Assembly: GCA_963754315.1 (NCBI GenBank)
Contig: CAVWFS010000005.1
Span: forward strand, 190,384 to 254,383
Reading direction: 5' to 3'
DNA: 64,000 bases
From: an uncultured Candidatus Rokubacteria bacterium
GTDB lineage: Bacteria; Methylomirabilota; Methylomirabilia; Rokubacteriales; CSP1-6
Below, piece after piece: positions 54,722 through 64,000 of the stretch. The translations under genes and the position numbers were made by a program. How positions within the stretch are numbered: position 1 is the first letter of the stretch; every line of letters starts with the position of its first letter. The notes beneath the pieces were generated by a model. That model saw only the letters and a program-made list of their open reading frames with translations, ran no database searches and was not told where the DNA came from.

Positions 54722-55963
54722 TCAGCTCTCCGCTCTTCGTGCGTGGCACCGCGACGCGTCGAACACGACCTGATCGTACCACCAGAGCCGTTCAAAGAAG
54801 CTACGTGCCATATCGAGCTGCGATTCTGTTTGTGAGGATGGCAAGGTTCTTTCCACTATGCCGCCGATACTATCGTTCCCATCAATGGCATCGAACAAAC
54901 GCTTTTCCGTTGAATCTATTGGCATGAACAGATCCCGGTAGGCGTGTGTCTGGTTGATCAGCACACTCGCGGCCCCGGGCGGCAGCCGCTCCTGCACAGA
55001 GATCGTGTCTGGCATTCGAAGCGGCACATAGCCGAGCCAGGCGTCGCCGGCGAAATTGACCGGTTGCGGACCGCCAGGGCTGTCGTTTCGATAAACAACC
55101 GCGCTGTGGCGTACCATGGTGCCGCGAAATAGCTCGACAGCGGCATACTGCTCTGCGACGGAAAGGTCTTTCAGCCGGAAGGCCTGCGGGATCTTTGCTA
55201 CGACACCGCAATGAGGGCTGTAAGGTGCTTGTTTTACCCAGCGGCCAAATGTCAGTCCGGCCTTTTCGATGAAATCAAAGAATTGCGGCACTGAATAGCT
55301 GCGGTCCTGCGGGTTCAGCAGCGCGTCGGCGAGCGCCGCCTCCTCACGGAAATCCGGGGTCTCGCGCAGCAGATGTTCCAACGGATGGCCGGGCGGCAAC
55401 GCTGCCAGCACAGCGATGAGATCGCGGATCTCCTCATCGTTGGTCTGGATACCGATCCTTCTGCAGAACTCTTGCAGCATATAGATGCCGGCCCGCCCGT
55501 AAGGCGCATACACCATGAGATGCATCGCGCCGTCCGGTTTCAGCACGCCGCGCAGAGCGCTGAGCCCCGCATCGGGGTCCGCAAGATGATGGAGAACCCC
55601 GGTGCAGATAATCTGATCGAAGCTCATTTTCAAATCGCTCACGCGCTCGATCGGAATCTGGCGGACCTGGAGATTGCTTAACTCATATTTTCGTTTGAGC
55701 TCCTCGGTACAGCGCACGCTGATTGCGCTGAAGTCAATGCCGGTAACCTGAGCAGCCGGCCAACGCAACGCATGCTTGGCCGCCTGCGATGTCCCGCACC
55801 CGGCAATCAGGATGGATTGGTCTTCCCGATAGGGTCGTCCAGGCCAAAAGAGATGATAGTCCACCCGGCGTTTTTGCCGGTCCTGCCCGAGCCGTCGATA
55901 TTTCTCCAGGCTGTCGATCGGCCGGGGATACGGATACCGTTCGTAGAAGTCCTGGACTTCCAT
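54722..55963 (-). CDS. Class I SAM-dependent methyltransferase with long C-terminal extension
   Basis: ILIAGCGTSQAA (motif I), ICTGVLHHL and LKPDGAM. The gene lies on a visibly lower-GC stretch. Confidence 0.75.
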   Translation of the reverse strand: MEVQDFYERYPYPRPIDSLEKYRRLGQDRQKRRVDYHLFWPGRPYREDQSILIAGCGTSQAAKHALRWPAAQVTGIDFSAISVRCTEELKRKYELSNLQVRQIPIERVSDLKMSFDQIICTGVLHHLADPDAGLSALRGVLKPDGAMHLMVYAPYGRAGIYMLQEFCRRIGIQTNDEEIRDLIAVLAALPPGHPLEHLLRETPDFREEAALADALLNPQDRSYSVPQFFDFIEKAGLTFGRWVKQAPYSPHCGVVAKIPQAFRLKDLSVAEQYAAVELFRGTMVRHSAVVYRNDSPGGPQPVNFAGDAWLGYVPLRMPDTISVQERLPPGAASVLINQTHAYRDLFMPIDSTEKRLFDAIDGNDSIGGIVERTLPSSQTESQLDMARSFFERLWWYDQVVFDASRCHARRAES

Positions 55964-55973
55964 TGCTACCCCA

Positions 55974-56041
55974 GTTCAAGGTTCAAAGTTCAATGTTCCA
56001 GGTCGAACGAGTTACACGTTGAACCTGGAACATTGAACCTT
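55974..56041. repeat. Heptad-repeat inverted repeat / long hairpin
   Basis: GTTCAAG GTTCAAA GTTCAAT GTTCCAG units, mirrored by ..CCTGGAA CATTGAA CCTTAAA. Perfect 15-bp arms TTCAATGTTCCAGGT (55989..56003) and ACCTGGAACATTGAA (56023..56037). Located between the sulfatase stop and the methyltransferase start. Confidence 0.7.
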
Positions 56042-56068
56042 AAACAGCTTGTGTCTTCCCCTGAGCTC

Positions 56069-57622
56069 TTAGTGCCTCGCTCCGCTGGCAGCCTCGCTCA
56101 TCTTCGCCAATGCCTGATCAATGGTGAAGCTCGCCGCCTTCTGGCGGGGCGGGAACTCCTTGAACGTCTCCAGGAACGGGAGCACGATTGCCTGCGCCGC
56201 TAATACCTGGGGGATGTGGTCCAGTAACCAGTCGTAGTAGGTGTTCGAGGTGATGTCGGCTCGCTCGAACGGGTCGGTCCGCAGGTTAAAGAGCTTCGGG
56301 ACCCGCAGCGGCACGAACGGCTCGGCCCAGATCCGCAGCGTCCCCTCAGCGCGCTGCTCCATGAACACGATTTTCCAGTTGTCGAAGCGCAGGGCAACCA
56401 AGTTGCCGTCGTCGTCAAAGTAGACGAATCCCTGGCGCGGGCTTTTCTTCACCTCGCCGGTTAAATACGGCACCAAATTGTAGCCGTCGATATGCACTTT
56501 GAACGTTTTGCCTGCCGCCTGGTGTCCCTTCTTAAGCTTCTCGACGATGCCCGGCTCGCCGGCCATCGCGAGGAACGTCGGCAGCCAGTCGTGGTGCTGG
56601 ACGATCTCGTTGGACACAACGCCCGCCGGGATCTTGCCCGGCCAGCGCACCACCATTGGCACGCGGAAGGCGCCCTCCCAGTTGGTGTTCTTCTCGCTGC
56701 GGAAAGGCGTCATGGCGCCGTCGGGCCAGGTGTTCATGTGCGGCCCGTTGTCGGTGCTGTACATGACGAAGGTGTCGTTCGCGATGCCCAGCTCGTCCAG
56801 CAGGTTCAGTAACTCGCCCACGTTTTTGTCGTGGTCGATCATCGTGTCATGGTAGGGCGACTGCCACCGGCCAGCCTGTCCAATGCTCGAGGGTTTCGGA
56901 TGGGTCCGAAGGTGCATGTGGGTGGTGTTCACCCAGCAGAAAAAGGGTTTACCCGCTGCATGCTGGCGCTTGATCCAGTCCTTGGCGGCGCCGACGAACT
57001 CGTCGTCGCAGGTCTCCATGCGCTTCTTGGTGAGCGGGCCGGTGTCCTCGATCTTCTGCTTGCCTACCCGGCCCCAGCGCGGCTCTTCGGTGGGGTCGTC
57101 GGTATCGGTCGCCCAGCTGTGCATCACGCCGCGAGGGCCAAAGCGTTCGCGAAAGTGAGGAAAGTCCTTCGGATTCGGGTAGTCGGGTAGCTCCGGTTCC
57201 TCTTCGGCGTTCAGGTGATACAGGTTGCCGAAAAACTCGTCGAAGCCGTGGGCGGTCGGCAGGTACTTGTTCTGGTCTCCCAGGTGGTTCTTGCCGAACT
57301 GGGCGGTGGCGTACCCGAGCGGCTTTAGCAGCTCGGCAATGGTCGGGTCCTCGGCCTGGAGTCCAATTGGTGAGCCAGGCACGCCGACCTTGGAGAGGCC
57401 GGTGCGGTAGACGCTCTGCCCGGTGATAAACGCGGAGCGGCCCGCTGTGCAGCTCTGCTCGCCGTAGCAGTCCGTGAACCTCATCCCCTCCTTCGCGATG
57501 CGGTCAATGTTGGGCGTCTGGTAGCCCATCATCCCGCCGCTGTAGCATGATAAGTTCCAGATGCCGATGTCATCCCCCCAGATGACGAGGATATTTGGCT
57601 TCTTTTGCGCTTGGGTTGCCAT
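56069..57622 (-). CDS. Arylsulfatase (Cys-type) without recognisable signal peptide
   Basis: [36 protein letters not shown]. Full-length paralogue of 49565..51161. Confidence 0.9.
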   Translation of the reverse strand: MATQAQKKPNILVIWGDDIGIWNLSCYSGGMMGYQTPNIDRIAKEGMRFTDCYGEQSCTAGRSAFITGQSVYRTGLSKVGVPGSPIGLQAEDPTIAELLKPLGYATAQFGKNHLGDQNKYLPTAHGFDEFFGNLYHLNAEEEPELPDYPNPKDFPHFRERFGPRGVMHSWATDTDDPTEEPRWGRVGKQKIEDTGPLTKKRMETCDDEFVGAAKDWIKRQHAAGKPFFCWVNTTHMHLRTHPKPSSIGQAGRWQSPYHDTMIDHDKNVGELLNLLDELGIANDTFVMYSTDNGPHMNTWPDGAMTPFRSEKNTNWEGAFRVPMVVRWPGKIPAGVVSNEIVQHHDWLPTFLAMAGEPGIVEKLKKGHQAAGKTFKVHIDGYNLVPYLTGEVKKSPRQGFVYFDDDGNLVALRFDNWKIVFMEQRAEGTLRIWAEPFVPLRVPKLFNLRTDPFERADITSNTYYDWLLDHIPQVLAAQAIVLPFLETFKEFPPRQKAASFTIDQALAKMSEAASGARH

Positions 57623-57666
57623 TTCATTCTCCTTTCAATTTTTGATTCCCTCAGCCCATCGTCTCT

Positions 57667-58111
57667 TTACGGCTCTCGCAAGAGCACAGCAGCAAAAGCA
57701 AAGATTCCGATCAGGATCAATACGACTGATACCGCGACGACCGGTGTGTGGTGAGCAAATTCATCAACCCCGGCAATCGGTTTGAAATCCTTCTCCCAGA
57801 GATAGCGAACCAGCGACCGGTACTCCCATACTGCGATAGTCAGCGCAACGATACCGGTTCCGATGAGCGCCAAGCCTAGAACCCAGGGCGTCCACGGATC
57901 GATCGGCCGGCTTAATGCCCGGTGTCTGGTTGAACCTGTGCAGAAACTGAAAAATCGTAAAGCCAAAGCCGATTAACGCTGTGGCCGTTCGCACCCAGGA
58001 CATCAAGGTGCGCTCAATGCTCATACGCGTGCGCAGCCAGGCAAAATGCGACGACACGTCCCCCTTGACTTCGAATCTGCTCGTCTCTTCGTTGGCTCTC
58101 TCGTCTGGCAT
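57667..58111 (-). CDS. DUF202 (YidH-like) membrane protein, apparent frameshift near 57908
   Basis: FAWLRTRMSIERTLMSWVRTATALIGFGF (DUF202 core) in ORF 57764..58186 continues as PIDPWTPWVLGLALIGTG... in ORF 57667..57966. Confidence 0.65.
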
Positions 58112-58210
58112 CGAACTCACTTCTATTTCTTTTCGAACTTGGTGTGCCCTTCGACTTCGCTCAGACCTCCTTACACCCTTCTGCAACTCTCCTGCAAGCC
58201 CCCCTTCGCG

Positions 58211-58978
58211 TCAAAGACCGGGGCTCTGCTGCATCATGCCGCCGTCCACGATCAGCGTGGTCGAGGTCATGTAGCTCGACTGGTCGCTGGCCAGGAAGGC
58301 CACGACGCTCCCGATCTCCTCGGGCTTGGCCATGCGCCCGATCGGGATGGCGGCGTTGAGACGCTGCATCAGGGCGGGATCTTTCATCGTGACGAGGTTG
58401 ATCGGCGTGGCCACCGCTCCGGGAGCCACACCGACGACCAGGATGTTGTGCGGCGCCAGCTCCACGCCGGCGGTGCGCGTCAGCATGCGCATGCCGCCCT
58501 TGGAGAGGCAGTAGGCGATGTTGCCGGGCATCGGCCAGTCCTCGTGGATCGAGCTGATGTTGATGATTCGCCCGCCGCCGCCCTGCTTCACCATCTGCTT
58601 GGCGGCGAGCTGGGTGCCGAAGAAGGCGCTCCTCAGGTTGATGCCGAGCACCCTCTCGTACTGCGCCTCCGTCGTGTCGAGCACGGAGGTGCGCGTCTCC
58701 ACGCCGGCGTTGTTGACCATCACGTCGAGGCGGCCAAAGCGCTTGACGGTGGCGTCGACGAGGCGCTGCAGGTCGGCCACCTTGCTGACGTCGGCGTCGA
58801 CGCCGATGACCTGGTCGCCGAGCGCGGCGACCTGCTTCTCGAGGGCCTCTGTCGCCTCCGGGTGGGCGACGTAGTCGATGACGAGGCTGGCGCCCTGGCG
58901 GGCCAGCTCGAGCACGATGGCCATGCCGATCCCGCTGTTACCGCCGGTGACGATGGCGACCTTTCCCTTGACACTCAC
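58211..58978 (-). CDS. SDR family oxidoreductase (glucose 1-dehydrogenase-like)
   Basis: TGGNSGIG, NNAG, and YCLSK (YxxxK). Confidence 0.9.
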   Translation of the reverse strand: MSVKGKVAIVTGGNSGIGMAIVLELARQGASLVIDYVAHPEATEALEKQVAALGDQVIGVDADVSKVADLQRLVDATVKRFGRLDVMVNNAGVETRTSVLDTTEAQYERVLGINLRSAFFGTQLAAKQMVKQGGGGRIINISSIHEDWPMPGNIAYCLSKGGMRMLTRTAGVELAPHNILVVGVAPGAVATPINLVTMKDPALMQRLNAAIPIGRMAKPEEIGSVVAFLASDQSSYMTSTTLIVDGGMMQQSPGL

Positions 58979-59020
58979 GGCACGTCCTCCTTGGCAGGAT
59001 GCGGGACACGCACCCCGCGG

Positions 59021-60574
59021 TTACTTGATTCGCTGGAGCAGGTGGTCGCCGACGCGGAGCGCGTTGGCCATCGCCGTCAGCGCGGGGTTCACCGCGCCGA
59101 TGCTCGGGAAGAAGCTCGTGTCGACGACGTAGAGGTTGTCGAGCTCGTGCGCCTTGCAGTTGGAGTCGAGCACCGACGTCGTGGGATCGGTGCCGAATCG
59201 GCAGGTGCCCGCCTGGTGCGCCACGCCGCCGATGCCGATCTCGTTCTTCATGTAGAGGTTCCGCGGGATGAGGTGGTGGGGATCCATCCCGAGGCTGTTC
59301 AGCATCGACTTGAGCTTCGCGTAGAGCTGCTGCTTCGGGACCTGGTTGTTGAGCGTGTACGAGAGGTGGATGTTCCCGTCGCGGTCGACGGTGACGCGGT
59401 TGTCCGGCCTCGGCAGGTCCTCGGTGGACAGCCAGAAGTCCACGGCGTGGCGGGCGAGGGTGTCGAGCGACCACATCGGGGCGAGCCCCGCCTCGAGCGG
59501 CTTCTCCCCCTTGTACATCGGTCCCTGCGACTTGCCCACCATCTGGATATTGCCCATCGGGTACTCGAAGCCCTTCATGCCGAAGTAGAAGTCGTTCAGC
59601 CCGAGGGTCTTCTGGTACTTGGTCGGGTTCGGCTCGCGCGAGACGGCGAGGACGGCGGCGCTGTTGTGGAACATGTAGTTGCGCCCGACCTGGTCCGACC
59701 CGTTGGCGAGCCCGCGCGGGTGCTTGTCGTTCGCGGACTGGAGCAGCAGCTTGGCGGAGTTGGCCGCGCCGCACGAGACGACCACGATGCCGGCGGTGTA
59801 CGTCACCGGCTCGCCCTTGTGGCGCGCCACGACCTCCGTCACCGCGGTGCCGGCGGCGTTGGTCCGGAGCTCCGTCACCTGCGCGTCGGTGACCAGCGTG
59901 AGGTTCTTGTACTGGAGCGCCGGGCGGACGGCCAGCACCTCGGCGTCCGACTTCGCGTGCACGAGGCAGGGGAAGCCGTCGCAGTCCGCGCAGCGCACGC
60001 AGGGGCTCCACGGCATGTCGGCCTCGTTCAGCATGATGCCGCACGGCGAGTGAAACGGCCGGTAGCCGGCGCGCGCGAGATCGTCGTGGAGCTGCTGGAT
60101 GCGCGGCTCGTGGGACACCGCGGGGTAGGGATACGGCGCGCTGGACGGCGGCTCCGTCGGATCCTCGCCGCGGGCGCCGTGGACCTGGTACTGCTGCTCG
60201 GCCTTCGTGTAGTACGGCTCCATCGCCTCGTAGCTGATGGGCCACGCCGGCGAGAGGCCATCGTGGTGGCGCACCTCCCCGAAGTCCTCCCGGCGCAGCC
60301 GGTACAGGGCGGCGCCGTACAGCTTGGTCGCGCCGCCGACGTAGTAGTGCACGCCCGGCTGAAACGGCTTGCCGTCCCGGTCGTACCAGGTGTCCTTCGA
60401 GACATAGCGATTGTCGATGAACACCTGGGCGGAGTCCCAGTTCTCGGGCTCGCGAGGCAGCCAGCCGCCGCGCTCGATGAGCAGGATGCGCTTGCCCGAC
60501 GGGGCCAGGTGCCGGGCCAGGGTGCCGCCGCCGGCCCCGCTGCCGATGATGATGACGTCGTACGGTGTGGCCAT
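59021..60574 (-). CDS. GMC family oxidoreductase
   Basis: YDVIIIGSGAGGGTLA FAD fold, and GMC C-terminal HQAGTCRFG and NPALT motifs. Confidence 0.9.
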   Translation of the reverse strand: MATPYDVIIIGSGAGGGTLARHLAPSGKRILLIERGGWLPREPENWDSAQVFIDNRYVSKDTWYDRDGKPFQPGVHYYVGGATKLYGAALYRLRREDFGEVRHHDGLSPAWPISYEAMEPYYTKAEQQYQVHGARGEDPTEPPSSAPYPYPAVSHEPRIQQLHDDLARAGYRPFHSPCGIMLNEADMPWSPCVRCADCDGFPCLVHAKSDAEVLAVRPALQYKNLTLVTDAQVTELRTNAAGTAVTEVVARHKGEPVTYTAGIVVVSCGAANSAKLLLQSANDKHPRGLANGSDQVGRNYMFHNSAAVLAVSREPNPTKYQKTLGLNDFYFGMKGFEYPMGNIQMVGKSQGPMYKGEKPLEAGLAPMWSLDTLARHAVDFWLSTEDLPRPDNRVTVDRDGNIHLSYTLNNQVPKQQLYAKLKSMLNSLGMDPHHLIPRNLYMKNEIGIGGVAHQAGTCRFGTDPTTSVLDSNCKAHELDNLYVVDTSFFPSIGAVNPALTAMANALRVGDHLLQRIK

Positions 60575-60686
60575 CGTCGTGTCCTCCTCAGGCCCGGCCC
60601 GCGATCAGGATGACCGACGAGCGGGCTTCGAGCCGGTACTCATTATGATCCGGCGGCAGCGGTGATAGGAGCGCCCAGGGGCTGTC

Positions 60687-63529
60687 TCAGACACCGCGGC
60701 CGCGTCCTCCGTACTCGAACAGGAGCGCGGCGACCAGGGCCGTCCACCCCGTCTGATGGCTCGCCCCGAGGCCGGCGCCGGTATCGCCGTTGAAGTACTC
60801 GTGGAACGGCGTGCAGTCGCGCCAGTGCGGGTCGGTCTGGAAGTATGTGTTGTCTCCCCAGACGGGCCGCCGCCCGCCGCGCCCGGGATCGGGCAGGAAG
60901 ATCGAGACGAGGCGCCCGGCGATGTCGGCGCCGACCTGCTCGAGCGTGCGCCAGCGACCAGAGCCCGTGGGGCATTCCACCTTGAGGCGGTCTCCGTGGT
61001 AGCGGCCGAACTCGTGGAGCGACCGCACGATCACGTAGTTCACCGGGAACCAGATCGGGCCCCGCCAGTTCGAGTTGCCGCCGAAGAGGCGGTTGTCCGA
61101 TTCCGCCGGGAGGTACTTGACCTCGAACTGCTGGCCGGCCGCCGTGAACACGTACGGGTGCGCGAGGTGATGGCGCGATACCGACCGGATCCCGTAGTCG
61201 GACAAGAACTCCGCCGGGTCGAGCATCCGCCGGAGGACGGCCAGCAGCCGCTCGGCCCCGAGCACCGAGAGGAGCTGAGTCGCGCCATCTCCGGGCACGC
61301 CCACCGGCGCCACGTTCTTGAGCAGGCTCGGCCGCCTGTCGATGAAGTCCTTGGCGCGGGCGATGAAGCGATCGAGGCCCGCCGTCTCCGCGGGCAGGAG
61401 CACGTGCACGGCGAAGAGCGGCACCAGGCCCACCATCGAGCGCGTCTTGATCGGGATGTTCTTTCTCGACGTCAGGTGCACGACGTCGTAGAAGAACTGG
61501 TCCTCGTCGTCCCAGAGGTCGATCCCCGCGCCGTCCATGTTGGTCATGGCGTGGGCGATGTAGAGGAAGTGCTCGAAGAACCGGATGGACGAGTTCTGAT
61601 AGACCGGGTCGTGGCGGCCGAGCTCGTCGGCGATGCTGAGCATCGTGAGGCAGAAGCGCGCCATCCAGCTGGTGCCGTCGCTCTGCTCGAGCAGGCCGCC
61701 GTCGGGCAGCGGCTTGTCGCGGTCGAAGCACTCGATGTTGTCCATGCCGAGGAACCCGCCCCCGAACACGTCGCGGCCGCTCGCGTCCTTCCGGTTGACC
61801 CAGAAGTTGAAGCACAGGAGCTCGCAGTCGAACATCTGGCGCAGGAACTCGAGGTCGCCGCGGCCGGTGCGGTCGCGCTCGATGCGGTAGACCTGCCACG
61901 CCGCCCAGCCCAGGAGCGGCGGGTTCACGTCGTCGAAGTCCCACTCGTAGGCGGGGAACTGCCCGCTGACGTTCTGGTAGCCGGCGTCGCCCATGAGCAG
62001 GAGCTGCGCCTTGGCGAACGCCGGATCGATGTAGGCCATGGCCACGCAGTGAAAGGCGAGGTCCCACGAGGCGTACCACGGGTACTCCCACTTGTCGGGC
62101 ATGAGGATCACGTGGGAGTTGAGCAGGGCCTTCCACTTCCGGTTGCGCCCGTGCCAGCGCTCCGGCGGCGGCGCCGGCTGGGAGGGATCGCCGAGGAGCC
62201 ACTTGTACACGTCGTAGTGATAGAACTGCTTCGTCCAGAGGAGCCCCGCGAGGGCCTGGCGCTGGATCTTCCGCTCCTCGGCGTCGAGGCTTGGCGGATG
62301 GAGGGCGGCGTAGAAGGCGTCGGCCTCGGAGGCGCGGAGCGCCATCACCGCGGCGAAGTCGCCGAAGGGGTCGTCGTGCGGCTCGGCGCAGAAGCGGACC
62401 GCCACCGAGAACGAGGCCCCGGGGGCCAGCACGGTGTGGGCGTGGCCGGCGAGCTTGCTGCCCCGCTGCGAGGTCACGGCGCCGGCGTTGCCGTGGACCA
62501 CGGCCTGGTCGATCCCGTCCTTCACGTAGGGCTCCGGATTGGGCGCGCCGAAGAGCCGCTGGCGGTTGGTCTCGTTCTCGGTGAAGAGGAGCTCGACGGG
62601 GTTGCCGCCGGCGCGCGCGTACCACCAGCGCTCGCCGATCAGGTCGTGCGACGTGTGGGCCGCGCCGGGCCCGACGCGCTGGATCACCCGCCGCTCGCCG
62701 TCCAGCCGCCACGACCACGTGTTGCGGTACCAGAGATGGGGCAGGACGTGGATCGGCGCGGGCTGGGGACCGCGATTGACCACCGTGATGTGGCAGAGGA
62801 TGTCCTCGGGGTTCGCCTTGGCGTACTCGACGAACACGTCGAAGTACCGATTGGCGGTGAATACGTCGGGCATGGCATCGAACAGCTCGAACTCCGGCTG
62901 CCCCTGGCCTCGCGCTCGGTTGGTCTCGACGAGCGCCTCGTACGGGAAGGCGACCTGCGGATACTTGTAGACCATTTTCATGTAGGAGTGCGTCGGCGTG
63001 CCGTCGAGGTGGAAGTAGTACTCCTTCACGTCCTCGCCGTGGTTGCCCTCCTGATTGCTGAGCCCGAACGGGCGCTCCTTCAGGAACGCGTCCTTCTCGT
63101 TCCACAGCGCGACGGCGAGGCAGATGGTCTGCCGGTCGTCGCAGAATCCGGCGAGGCCGTCCTCGCTCCAGCGATACGCCCGGCTCCGCGCGTGGTCGTG
63201 CGGGAAATAGTTCCAGGCGTCTCCGCCCGCGCTGTAGTCCTCTCGCACGGTGCCCCACGCGCGATCGCTGACGTACGGTCCCCAGCGCCGCCATTCGCCC
63301 TTGCCCGCCGCCTGCTCCTCGAGACGCGCGTCCTCAGCGGTGCCGCTCCCGCCACCTGGGACCGCGGTGCTCGGGGGCGGAGCGGCGGAGCTGCGGCGGG
63401 CCGCCGCGCGCCGCTCCTCGGGCGCTTGGCCGCCGGCGGATCGGCCGAGCGCGGAGCCGGCGGGGCATCCGCAGGGCGCGCCGTGCGGCCATCGGGTCCA
63501 TTCGCGAGCGATGCGCGATCTGGAGTCAT
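60687..63529 (-). CDS. GH63-like glucosidase (MGH1/YgjK-type), apparent frameshift in the N-terminal low-complexity region
   Basis: WRRWGPYVSDRAWGTVREDYS..DAWNYFPHDHARSRAYRW is the family N-terminal block, but it has no in-frame ATG/GTG/TTG upstream of 63248. ATG 63529 lies in another frame. Confidence 0.75.
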
Positions 63530-63849
63530 CTCGAGCGAGAGCCTTTCACCTCCCGCGCGTGCGAAGACGGCGAGGGGATGGAGACGTGATTGGGTCCAGG
63601 GTCAAGCGAGCCGTCACCCCGCTGTCTTGGTGCTCGCCGGGAGTGGCGGACGCGAAAACTGCGCGCGAGATTCGGAGCCCAGAGCTCTTGAACACGAGCC
63701 AGAGCAGGACGAGGGCGAACGCCGCGGATCCCGGCACCCGCGCTCAGCAGGGCGCTGGTCCCGTCCGTCCCTGGTCCCCGTCAGTCGCATATAAGGGTTA
63801 GGCTTGGATCTTACTTGACACACAAGCTGGTTCATGGCATCCTCGGGGC

Positions 63850-64000
63850 ATGGACAAGACAGCCGCCGTGCCCGAGACCCTGGTAGAAGCGATCCGCTAC
63901 TTCTCCGACCCCGACAAGGCCTCGCCTTCATGGTCGAGCTGCGCTGGCCGGACGGCGTCACCTGCCCGACGTGCGGGAGCCGGCATGTCTCGTTCATCTC
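63850..64000 (+). mobile_element. IS1595-family transposase gene, 5' part (runs off the window), apparent frameshift near 63912
   Basis: MDKTAAVPETLVEAIRYFSDPDKA, then in a shifted frame AFMVELRWPDGVTCPTCGSRHVSFI (the zinc-ribbon N-terminus typical of IS1595 transposases). Confidence 0.6.

Noticed and set aside
55989-56037. The heptad hairpin called as a Rho-independent terminator
   Set aside because: The stem is strong, but no U-tract follows it on the minus strand, and the heptad periodicity suggests another role. It is reported as a repeat instead.
49565-57622. CTAGR in both sulfatases flagged as an aberrant formylglycine motif
   Set aside because: C-x-A-x-R is an accepted variant of the C/S-x-P/A-x-R sulfatase motif and an FGE gene is adjacent, so it is not unusual.
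63546-63737. 63-aa minus-strand ORF with one hydrophobic helix upstream of the GH63 gene
   Set aside because: No SD, no homology features, and a location in a GC-rich spacer where random ORFs are common.

Overview
High-GC bacterial chromosomal segment, probably from a metagenome-assembled soil-type genome (taxon not determinable here). It is densely coding, with many ATGA/GTGA translationally coupled overlaps. I found no rRNA, tRNA or CRISPR array. Modules in order: (1) a selenocysteine (in-frame UGA) NAD-type formate dehydrogenase locus whose alpha subunit is split and encoded in permuted order, plus fdhD; (2) housekeeping and envelope genes: MBL hydrolases, a GT-C mannosyltransferase with a polyprenol-P-mannose synthase, VOC, dehydrogenases and an RRM RNA-binding protein; (3) an AT-rich promoter island with three small DNA-binding-like ORFs; (4) a chromate cluster chrB-chrA-chrB_C with a beta-propeller and an atypical LMW-phosphatase-like gene; (5) two VapBC/Phd-PIN toxin-antitoxin pairs and one PIN remnant; (6) an arsenic/organoarsenical island: arsR, arsC, MIP channel, flavoprotein::ArsM fusion, ArsN-like GNAT and MFS; (7) a DUF2182/DUF1326 pair; (8) a cobalamin riboswitch in front of a lipid-modification operon, in which a cyclopropane-fatty-acid-synthase-like gene is interrupted by a geranylgeranyl-reductase-family flavoprotein gene and followed by an acyl desaturase. 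This is my top candidate for an undescribed system; (9) an Anbu proteasome homologue with a transglutaminase; (10) an envelope operon; (11) a sulfatase region with two full arylsulfatases, an FGE and several gene remnants, part of it on a visibly lower-GC island; (12) SDR, GMC oxidoreductase and a GH63-like glucosidase; (13) the start of an IS1595-type transposase at the window edge. About eleven genes need a 1-nt frame correction, so either the consensus carries indel errors or many genes were recently inactivated. All functional calls rest on motif recognition by eye; no searches were run.
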